The notes under the pieces were generated by a model, which ran no database searches, had not been told where the DNA came from, and saw nothing but the letters and a program-made list of their open reading frames with translations. The position numbers and the translations under genes were made by a program. A DNA stretch of 64,000 nucleotides, taken from IMG/VR virus record IMGVR_UViG_3300042473_001368, one strand, 5' to 3'. Of this stretch, positions 47,940-54,488 are shown piece by piece. Origin of the DNA: a virus. Numbering within the stretch: position 1 is the first letter of the stretch; every line of letters starts with the position of its first letter.

Positions 47940-48073
47940 ACATTAACACGCCACACTCTGATCAAGCGACGTGGTAATTATAGATAGACATACAATGCAG
48001 AAGGTTCGATTCCTTGACTCTGGTGAGGTCTGTGTAGTATGGAATGGATCGTGAAATCCTATAGTGTTAATGT
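47940..48073 (+). ncRNA. T-loop-containing structured RNA
   Basis: 10-bp ACATTAACAC/GTGTTAATGT closing stem; AAGG-TTCGATT-CCTT hairpin; GCCAC/GTGGT hairpin. Confidence 0.6.
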
Positions 48074-48089
48074 ATAAATAATTTTTTAT

Positions 48090-48163
48090 GGGGCTATGAT
48101 GTAACGGTAACATACAAGATTTGCAATTTTGTTCTGAGAGTTCGATTCTCTCTAGCTCCACCA
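48090..48163 (+). tRNA. tRNA-Ala(UGC)
   Basis: G3-U70, loop TTTGCAA, CCA. Confidence 0.93.
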
Positions 48164-48173
48164 AATTTCAATC

Positions 48174-48248
48174 CCCGCTGTAGCTTATACGGTAAAGCCT
48201 ACGCTTGTGACGCGTACTAACTCGGTTCGATCCCGAGCAGCTGGACCA
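48174..48248 (+). tRNA. Second tRNA-His(GUG), no G-1, A73
   Basis: TACGC-TTGTGAC-GCGTA, CCA. Confidence 0.82.
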
Positions 48249-48251
48249 AAC

Positions 48252-48325
48252 GCGCTAATAATTTAATGGTAAAATGTCTGTCTTCCAAGCAGAATTCCTG
48301 AGTTCGATTCTCAGTTAGCGTACCA
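48252..48325 (+). tRNA. tRNA-Gly(UCC), A73
   Basis: Loop CTTCCAA, CCA. Confidence 0.9.
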
Positions 48326-48334
48326 ATTTAACAA

Positions 48335-48600
48335 CTCTGTAATTCCGTAACATAGCATAGATGATAATGCGCCCGAAAGGGAGAAGGTGCTTAGACCACA
48401 TGAGGAAAAAAGAATTCAGAATTTCGGTGATCTGAATTAAAAGAAAACACCGTACACTTTTAATGCTGAAGTAGCCAAGCGTAATTGTGAGGGGTTCTAT
48501 TTTGCGTCCTATGCGTTTTCTCACCGTTTTAGCGACGATGCAAGTCAAGCCCAATGAGCGGGAAATAACGGATCAGGTTTGAGGTCATCCAGTAAAAACC
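48335..48600 (+). ncRNA. About 265-nt structured RNA with two pseudoknots
   Basis: CCC-GAAA-GGG; pseudoknot 48413-48455; GTGAG/CTCAC stem; pseudoknot 48570-48600. Confidence 0.55.
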
Positions 48601-48607
48601 TTATAAT

Positions 48608-48682
48608 GGCCGCAAAACATAGATGGCGATGTGCTGGTTTTGTACTCCAGATAGGAGGGTTCAAGTCCTTCTGCGGCCTCCA
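48608..48682 (+). tRNA. tRNA-Thr(UGU), U73
   Basis: GGCCGCA/TGCGGCC, loop TTTGTAC, CCA. Confidence 0.85.
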
Positions 48683-48690
48683 TATTTTTT

Positions 48691-48851
48691 TGACACAGAC
48701 GGTCTAGCTGTTGTAATTTACGAGACCATAAGAGAGGGTGATTGCGAGTGCGAATGCGTAGTAAGTCTTTTGACCGAAACAAAACAATATCTCGACAAGA
48801 CCGGATACTTGAACAAATTTCTGCCTCTCAAACTTCAGCGTGTGTCATCCA
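48691..48851 (+). ncRNA. 161-nt RNA with perfect acceptor-like stem and CCA, no cloverleaf
   Basis: TGACACA/TGTGTCA + T + CCA; inner GAGAGG/CCTCTC, GGTCT/AGACC, GTCTT/AAGAC stems. Confidence 0.6.
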
Positions 48852-48855
48852 ATTT

Positions 48856-49051
48856 GTATGAACAGCCGCTTTTCGTGTCTAGGGAAAAGCTCCACAATAT
48901 CAAGGTTATGATATGGCGCTGGTGAAATTCCAGAACGGATTCAAATTTACCTAAACGGGCTCATGAAACATAGGGACGGGCTCTTCCAATAGCGTGATGG
49001 CTATAGTCTTCGGACGAAGAGTATGTATATCTTGCAGAAGTGTTTCACTAC
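48856..49051 (+). ncRNA. About 195-nt multi-hairpin RNA
   Basis: GCTTTTC/GAAAAGC, ATATCA/TGATAT, CTGG/CCAG, CTCTTC/GAAGAG junction with GTC-TTCG-GAC. Confidence 0.55.
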
Positions 49052-49062
49052 AATTTTTTAAT

Positions 49063-49136
49063 GCCTTGTTAGTTCAATGGTAGAACGTCTGTTTTGTAAT
49101 CAGAAGGCGAGAGTTCGATTCTCTCACTCGGCTCCA
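49063..49136 (+). tRNA. Second tRNA-Thr(UGU), mismatched acceptor stem
   Basis: Loop TTTGTAA, U73, CCA. Confidence 0.82.
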
Positions 49137-49145
49137 ATTTTCTTA

Positions 49146-49244
49146 CAGTATATAGTGTAGTGATAGCACAACAAATGCGAACTGTGAAAACAGATGTAGC
49201 TAATCAAAATGGTTGCGAGGGTTTGATTCCCTCTGTACTGACAA
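49146..49244 (+). ncRNA. Expanded tRNA-like RNA with extra GAAA-capped arm
   Basis: CAGTATA/TGTACTG acceptor, D-arm, 46-nt middle, GAGGG-TTTGATT-CCCTC, ends ACAA. Confidence 0.6.
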
Positions 49245-49257
49245 ATTTTTAAACAAA

Positions 49258-49341
49258 GCGCAGGTGGTGGAATGGTATACACAGCAGTCTTAGAAGCTGC
49301 CGCCGTAAGGCTTGTGGGTTCGAGTCCCACCCTGCGCACCA
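49258..49341 (+). tRNA. tRNA-Leu(UAG)
   Basis: Class II cloverleaf, loop CTTAGAA, CCA. Confidence 0.93.
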
Positions 49342-49342
49342 T

Positions 49343-50770
49343 TTATCGACTGACCTCTTCCCAGTCCATTGATCCGTAAATGTCATCGCCATCTTTACTC
49401 GCTGCTACAGCTAGAGTTAATTCAAAGGATGTATTTGTAAAGCTATTTCTCTCAAGTTGGAACTTGAACAAAGCTTCTTTAAGAATATCAATAGTAGGAC
49501 TTCCTTGAGCATTGGAAGCAAGATATCCAGAAGCCAATACTCTACCGCCGGACAGACTAGTTCCATCTAGCTTGTATTCTACAGCGGAATTAGCGCTTCC
49601 AGCATCGGTCCATGTACCACCACTAGTTGTCCCTGAAGCAACTGCTCGCCAATTGTAAACTCCTGTACCTAATCCCATTATAGATAATGCAGTTAGAATA
49701 ACAATAGCATCTTGTCTTGCTGATTTTAAACGTATTGAAACTACAGGGTAAAAGGTTCCTTTTACTGTAAGATCTTTAGGAGCAGTTATTTCTGTGCCTA
49801 CTGCTTGTTGCAAGCCTCTTAGCTCATAGCCACCTTCAGATATAACTGTGCTACAAACTTGTTTTAATTTGCTCGGACCTGAAGTTGCAGCTTTATTTTC
49901 AATTTCATATCTGAGCGGTAGTGATCCTGTTGTAATGTATGTTGAATCAATTAGATTAGCGTGATGGAAGTAATGGCAAGGTACAAACTGACCATTGATA
50001 ACAAATCCTGTTCTCACAGTGCCTAATCCGAGCCATTCGATATCCGCGAATAAAATTTGAGCCTTTGTAATATCAAGGGTAAGTCCAGATGGTCCTGATC
50101 CATCTAAGCGATCTACATTCCATTGCGACTGTGGGATACGGTTAGATGAAAGCGAGCCAGAGGTAATGCTGCGTTCAACCATGTAAAGAGTGCTATCGTC
50201 TAACTCTAAGTAGATACCATTATCAACGCCAAAATAACCAACACGTTGTCTAAGATTTGTCTTAGCTTGGTTGAAGGTGAATGTATTTAACAGCTGTAAG
50301 CTCTTACCAGGTTGATATGCAAATACTTTAGTAGTTTCGCGATAAACTTTAGAACCGCTGAGAGCATCAACTTTTAGTTCGACGAGACCTTGAGTTTGAA
50401 TAAATTGCGCAGAAGCAGATGTTGATGTAGATCCTCCTGTTAATGTTGCCCAAAGGTTGTTATCTGCATATCTATGAGACGAGTCAAAAAGAGTCAATGG
50501 ACTTGATGTTCGTGTTCTTCCGAATGCGTCGCTTCCCATGTTTAAGTTGCCTGTATAGTTGCTTGTTGTATCATCAACACTCTTAACTAATACAGCATAC
50601 TTAGGATAGACCTCAACAGAACTTGTTGGAGCAACTCCGGTAGCGTTAGGTGAGTTGTATCGTGTAACAGATACAGCAGGGTATGTTGTATGATTTTTAA
50701 GTTCAACAAACTTACCGTATTCTGCGGTTTGATAATTTGCTACAACAACGGTATTATATTCACTCATCAA
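49343..50770 (-). CDS. Late virion-type protein, antisense within the tRNA cluster
   Basis: 475 aa beta-rich; DAFGRTRTSSPLTLFDS motif of phage structural proteins; late promoter 50774-50780. Confidence 0.7.
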   Translation of the reverse strand: MMSEYNTVVVANYQTAEYGKFVELKNHTTYPAVSVTRYNSPNATGVAPTSSVEVYPKYAVLVKSVDDTTSNYTGNLNMGSDAFGRTRTSSPLTLFDSSHRYADNNLWATLTGGSTSTSASAQFIQTQGLVELKVDALSGSKVYRETTKVFAYQPGKSLQLLNTFTFNQAKTNLRQRVGYFGVDNGIYLELDDSTLYMVERSITSGSLSSNRIPQSQWNVDRLDGSGPSGLTLDITKAQILFADIEWLGLGTVRTGFVINGQFVPCHYFHHANLIDSTYITTGSLPLRYEIENKAATSGPSKLKQVCSTVISEGGYELRGLQQAVGTEITAPKDLTVKGTFYPVVSIRLKSARQDAIVILTALSIMGLGTGVYNWRAVASGTTSGGTWTDAGSANSAVEYKLDGTSLSGGRVLASGYLASNAQGSPTIDILKEALFKFQLERNSFTNTSFELTLAVAASKDGDDIYGSMDWEEVSR

Positions 50771-50824
50771 AAGTATTTATCATTTTGAGTGGATTATTAT
50801 TAATTTGTTGTTATAATAAGTTGT

Positions 50825-50953
50825 ATGTCGGATAGAACAACAACCAAAACAAGAAAAGCTACAGTAAAACGCGGCAATGTTACTGTTCGTAAGACTGTAA
50901 CAGTAACAAAGACTGTAAAGGCTCCAAAAGAGAAACGGAGACGTAAGAAATAA
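50825..50953 (+). CDS. 42-aa very basic K/R/T/V-rich protein (below ORF-track cutoff)
   Basis: MSDRTTTKTRKATVKRGNVTVRKTVTVTKTVKAPKEKRRRKK. Confidence 0.55.
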   Translation: MSDRTTTKTRKATVKRGNVTVRKTVTVTKTVKAPKEKRRRKK

Positions 50954-50962
50954 TTTTTATAT

Positions 50963-51054
50963 GGGTGTGTGGTCGAGTCTGGTTTATGGCGCCGCACTTG
51001 AAATGCGGAGGTGGTGAAAGCTGCCCGTGGGTTCAAATCCTACCGCACCCGCCA
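50963..51054 (+). tRNA. tRNA-Ser(UGA)
   Basis: Class II, loop CTTGAAA, G73, CCA. Confidence 0.93.
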
Positions 51055-51065
51055 ATTTAATAAAT

Positions 51066-51140
51066 TGCATGATGAGTCGCGCTCATCTGATCTGGAATAC
51101 GCAGGAGGACGTCCAGTAAGAATAATATATAAACCCTGCA
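51066..51140 (+). ncRNA. Hairpin plus H-type pseudoknot RNA
   Basis: GATGAG/CTCATC; CTGGA/TCCAG with loop GCAGG pairing to downstream CCTGC. Confidence 0.5.
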
Positions 51141-51151
51141 CAATTTTTAAC

Positions 51152-51233
51152 GGCTCCGTGGTGGAACGTATACACAGCAAACTTAAAATTTGCCGCCTTA
51201 GGGATTGCGATGTCGAAGTCGCCGGAGCCACCA
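51152..51233 (+). tRNA. tRNA-Leu(UAA), aberrant T-loop
   Basis: GCAAA-CTTAAAA-TTTGC, variable arm, CCA. Confidence 0.85.
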
Positions 51234-51243
51234 TTTTAACATT

Positions 51244-51726
51244 ATGCGTAAATTAACATTTAGCGATTGCGAATCGCATGTAGACAAGATTTGTAAGTCG
51301 ATTGTAAAATCGCACTGGCAGCCCGACTATATTGTAGGCCTCAGTAGAGGTGGATTAGTTCCAGGAGTAATGATTAGTCATTGGCTCAATGTACCATTTA
51401 AGCCTCTTGAGGTCTCTCTCAGAGATGGTGGGTATCGTAAGAGTTCAAAGTTTCTTTCAAAAGAAGCGCAATACGGTAGAAACATTCTCATTGTCGATGA
51501 TATTAATGATTCAGGTAAAACATTTAACTGGATTATGAGTGACTGGGAGACTACAATCAGCCAAGGAGGGCATTCGCTCGAAGATGCATGGAACAACAAT
51601 GTAAGATTTGCTGTTCTCGTTAACAAGATCGAGAGTGGCTGCGATGTTAGTATTGATTACTTTGGCGCAGATAACTCATGCGACGTCTCTCCGAAAGAAT
51701 GGTATTCCTTTCCTTGGGAACTTTAA
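51244..51726 (+). CDS. Type I phosphoribosyltransferase
   Basis: IVGLSRGGLVPG, ILIVDDINDSGKT; start moved to MRKLTF because the track start lies inside a tRNA. Confidence 0.85.
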   Translation: MRKLTFSDCESHVDKICKSIVKSHWQPDYIVGLSRGGLVPGVMISHWLNVPFKPLEVSLRDGGYRKSSKFLSKEAQYGRNILIVDDINDSGKTFNWIMSDWETTISQGGHSLEDAWNNNVRFAVLVNKIESGCDVSIDYFGADNSCDVSPKEWYSFPWEL

Positions 51727-51741
51727 TATAATATCTATAAC

Positions 51742-51816
51742 GCGCGATTAGCTCAGCGGTAGAGCAGATCCTTTACACGGATAAGGTCGGCGGTTCAATC
51801 CCGTCATCGCGTACCA
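51742..51816 (+). tRNA. tRNA-Val(UAC)
   Basis: Cloverleaf, loop TTTACAC, CCA. Confidence 0.93.
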
Positions 51817-51835
51817 CTTTTTAATAAATAACATT

Positions 51836-52198
51836 ATGCAATTTACAGCTTTAGTTGAGAAGGTCATAGACGGTGTGACGGAAATGTTTACTCTCTTTAT
51901 AACCAAGAGAGCCGCAGGCGCAAAAAAGATCGAGGATGCTGCACGCAAGAAAGGCATGTACGCAATTCTTACAGCGTATCATTTTGCAGGTAAGGTCAAA
52001 CCTTATGCTGACGCATTAAAATGGGCTAAGAAAGAAGCTAAAGAGGATCACTTCAAAGAGCAGTATAAGGAATTTTACTCCAAGCTGAAGAACATCGATT
52101 CTCTCTCTCAAAAAGAATTTCAAATGATTACAGGATCTCTTGAGGCGTACGGCGAAGTTTATATTCAGTCAAAGACGCCAAAAGATTATTCAAAATAA
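51836..52198 (+). CDS. Hypothetical protein between tRNAs
   Basis: 120-aa ORF filling the spacer. Confidence 0.6.
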   Translation: MQFTALVEKVIDGVTEMFTLFITKRAAGAKKIEDAARKKGMYAILTAYHFAGKVKPYADALKWAKKEAKEDHFKEQYKEFYSKLKNIDSLSQKEFQMITGSLEAYGEVYIQSKTPKDYSK

Positions 52199-52205
52199 TA
52201 ACAAC

Positions 52206-52279
52206 GAGGCGGTGGGAGAATGGCCATCCAGCGGACTGCAACTCCGTGTATATCAGTTCGAGTCTGATCCGCCTCTCCA
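52206..52279 (+). tRNA. tRNA-Cys(GCA)
   Basis: Loop CTGCAAC, U73, CCA. Confidence 0.93.
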
Positions 52280-52292
52280 ATTTATAACGAAC

Positions 52293-52366
52293 ACGGGTAT
52301 AATATAATGGTAGTATGCAACGTTGCCAACGTTGATGTTCCGGATCAAAACCGGGTACCCGTACCA
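52293..52366 (+). tRNA. tRNA-Gly(GCC), A73, T-loop ATCAAAA
   Basis: ACGGGTA/TACCCGT; CAACG-TTGCCAA-CGTTG; CCA. Confidence 0.82.
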
Positions 52367-52372
52367 CTTTTT

Positions 52373-52449
52373 GCCTCGATATCCCAATTGGTAGAGGAGC
52401 ATGTTTAAGGGACATGATGTTGAGGGTTCGACTCCCTCTCGAGGCACCA
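52373..52449 (+). tRNA. tRNA with AAG anticodon (Leu CUU reader) but short variable loop
   Basis: CATGT-TTAAGGG-ACATG; 5-nt variable loop; perfect acceptor and T arms; CCA. Confidence 0.8.
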
Positions 52450-52453
52450 ATAT

Positions 52454-52528
52454 ACCACTGTAGTTCAGAGGCAGAACGCGTCGCTCATAACGACGAGGTC
52501 GGGATTTCGAAATTCCCTGGTGGTACCA
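52454..52528 (+). tRNA. tRNA(CAU), elongator Met or Ile2
   Basis: CGTCG-CTCATAA-CGACG, CCA. Confidence 0.88.
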
Positions 52529-52536
52529 AATTTTAA

Positions 52537-52629
52537 GGAACGTTGACAGAGTCCGGTATTGTGCTGTCCTGCTAAGACATGGCCAACCCTATAAAGGTTG
52601 CATTGGTTCAAATCCAATACGTTCCTCCA
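52537..52629 (+). tRNA. tRNA-Ser(GCU), U73
   Basis: Class II, loop CTGCTAA, CCA. Confidence 0.88.
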
Positions 52630-52664
52630 TTTTCAACAATGTTAAGTGTTTTGAGAGATTTCAT

Positions 52665-52682
52665 AACGAACTAAGATATAAT
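52665..52682 (+). promoter_or_regulatory. GAAC-N5-TATAAT promoter
   Basis: AACGAAC TAAGA TATAAT. Confidence 0.75.
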
Positions 52683-52709
52683 TAAGGAGTAACGAAACAA
52701 TATACCAAA

Positions 52710-53750
52710 ATGACACAAGTACTAGAAAATATCAAAAATACAGTCAAGCAACACACCCTTGTACCTTTTACCGCACGCGAGATTGCGTGCAATAAGCAAG
52801 GCGATAGAGCAACGATCGACGTTGTAACAAACAATACTCGCTTTACCGTAGAGAAACCAGGCGATATTATGTCTGCGATCGGTATTAAGCCTTCTCTTGC
52901 TAAGCGCATTCTTAGCAATCCTACTGAGAACTGGTCTGTCTTCCAAGATGCGATCAGCAATATTGATAAGAATAAAACTTATGGTTTGATTGCGCGTAGC
53001 GATAATGCTGCAATTAGCATTGTTGATACTAAATTGAAAGAGATTCAACAATTGAATTATGACTCTCGCATTGACGACCTTATCAATACTCTTGACGGTA
53101 ATGCAGGCTTTCAATTCCACAATGCGCTCTTCAATCCTCTCGATTGCTCAGTTGATATCAATGTCAACAACCTCTCTCGTGAGCTTGATATGGGCGGTGG
53201 CGATCTTTGGAAGTTCGGTACTGCAGTGAATTTGTCTCTAACCAATCAAACTTATGCGCAATACTTCTTGCGTTTGATTTGTACGAACGGTATGACTACT
53301 CGTGAGAATCTCGCGTATCGTAGCGCAGAGCTTACTAAGCATATTGGTAAGCAATTCGTAAAATATGCGAGCGATGAGAATGCTGTGAGATTGGCTAATG
53401 CTCGTGTATCTAAACTTAAAGGAGCGCGCGCTTCTGTGTATGAATTGAATAGCGTTGCAGGTGCACTTGGTAAAGAAGCTGAGATTTACTTTCCGAATTA
53501 CACTTCTATTATCGAAGATTTCCGCAGCGCTGGATACGATATTAAAGATATTGGCGCTAAGCAAGCGAAGCTTATGTTTACTAACGAGAACCTCTACGAT
53601 GTATTCAATGTTGCAACGTATCTCTCTTCTCATCAACGCGAAGCTATCGGCGATCGTAAAGCGCTTGAGCTTAATAAGGCGGCAGGCGAGATGTTTGTAA
53701 AAGGTCCTGACCTTCAATTCTCTCTGATCGACATTTACAAAGGCAAATAA
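52710..53750 (+). CDS. DUF932-like phage protein
   Basis: YFLRLICTNGM motif; NLYDVFNVATY. Confidence 0.6.
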   Translation: MTQVLENIKNTVKQHTLVPFTAREIACNKQGDRATIDVVTNNTRFTVEKPGDIMSAIGIKPSLAKRILSNPTENWSVFQDAISNIDKNKTYGLIARSDNAAISIVDTKLKEIQQLNYDSRIDDLINTLDGNAGFQFHNALFNPLDCSVDINVNNLSRELDMGGGDLWKFGTAVNLSLTNQTYAQYFLRLICTNGMTTRENLAYRSAELTKHIGKQFVKYASDENAVRLANARVSKLKGARASVYELNSVAGALGKEAEIYFPNYTSIIEDFRSAGYDIKDIGAKQAKLMFTNENLYDVFNVATYLSSHQREAIGDRKALELNKAAGEMFVKGPDLQFSLIDIYKGK

Positions 53751-53764
53751 TTCATATTGCGTGT

Positions 53765-53795
53765 GAGGAGACCGACTTTTAGTCGGTCTCCTCTT
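53765..53795. terminator. Perfect 13-bp hairpin, probable terminator
   Basis: GAGGAGACCGACT-TTT-AGTCGGTCTCCTC directly before promoter 53796. Confidence 0.7.
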
Positions 53796-53813
53796 AATGA
53801 ACTAGTGTATAAT
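53796..53813 (+). promoter_or_regulatory. GAAC-N5-TATAAT promoter
   Basis: AATGAAC TAGTG TATAAT. Confidence 0.75.
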
Positions 53814-53821
53814 AAGAGAGT

Positions 53822-54070
53822 ATGAAGGTAAGAGGAACAATCCAAGCAGATGTAGAGATTACAGACTTTGAAGCAGCGTGTATTGCAATTAAGGTAATTC
53901 GGATCACTAGAATGTGGCCAGGGCGATATCGTATTGATGAAAACGGCAATGTATGCGAAGAGGTGGTGAATGTAACATCTCATGAATGGTCTGAGACGAA
54001 GATTATCCGTCCTGCGACAGATGAGGATAGATTTACCTGCAAACTTATCCAAGATATTTTAAAGGGCTGA
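53822..54070 (+). CDS. Hypothetical protein; stop codon lies inside the tmRNA-like RNA
   Basis: 82-aa ORF after promoter 53796-53813. Confidence 0.65.
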   Translation: MKVRGTIQADVEITDFEAACIAIKVIRITRMWPGRYRIDENGNVCEEVVNVTSHEWSETKIIRPATDEDRFTCKLIQDILKG

Positions 54071-54130
54071 ATATGGTTTCGACGGGAGAGTTTACGCTCT
54101 CCCGGACGGGGTTCGAGTCCCCACGGTCCA
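54064..54130 (+). ncRNA. Mini tmRNA-like RNA (tRNA-like domain only)
   Basis: GGGCTGAATATGGTTTCGACGGG 5' end, GGGAGAG/CTCTCCC helix capped by 6 nt, GGAC-GGGG-TTCGAGT-CCCC, G3-U70, A73. Confidence 0.75.
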
Positions 54131-54149
54131 CTTTTTAACAAAACAAATT

Positions 54150-54488
54150 ATGAGAGAATTATTAAAAATTTTATTAGTCGGGAGCTTAACCTCAGCAATG
54201 TATTACTACGCTGAACAACGTGATGTTCTATTTGCGCAGATTTTAGCATGGTGCTGTATGGCGTTTTCAATGTATATCGCACTTGCTTTGGTTGCGAGCT
54301 ATAAGTTCTATACTCAAACGATGAAAATCTTAGCGGTAAGTCCTTTGTGGCATCGCATCCCAAACTATGGATTTATTACGTTTAACATCCATGCACTATA
54401 CGGATCTGCTTTAGGTTACATCTACCTTATTCTGATTATCTTTTTCGAAGCACTATATTTAATTGCAAAGTTATCAACAGATGAATAA
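54150..54488 (+). CDS. Membrane protein
   Basis: Multiple hydrophobic segments. Confidence 0.6.
   Translation: MRELLKILLVGSLTSAMYYYAEQRDVLFAQILAWCCMAFSMYIALALVASYKFYTQTMKILAVSPLWHRIPNYGFITFNIHALYGSALGYIYLILIIFFEALYLIAKLSTDE

Noticed and set aside
48335-48600. Coding piece of a two-piece tmRNA partnering 54064-54130
   Set aside because: No resume-context consensus and no tag ORF ending in an Ala-Ala-type degron. Helix 2 of the mini RNA is closed on itself.
48856-49051. RNase P RNA (GGGAAAAGCTCCAC, GGGCTC)
   Set aside because: The P4 signatures GAGGAAAGUCC and AACAGAAUNCGGCUUA are absent.
45842-52450. Short ORF-track calls over the tRNA cluster (e.g. 45842, 45948, 46496, 47660, 47943, 48315, 48585, 48623, 49124, 50800, 51011, 51040, 52128, 52253)
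   Set aside because: They overlap tRNAs or structured RNAs and have no protein-like features.
45044-52629. Stop-codon reassignment or suppressor tRNAs
   Set aside because: No CUA, UUA or UCA anticodons were found, and conserved genes are full-length under code 11.
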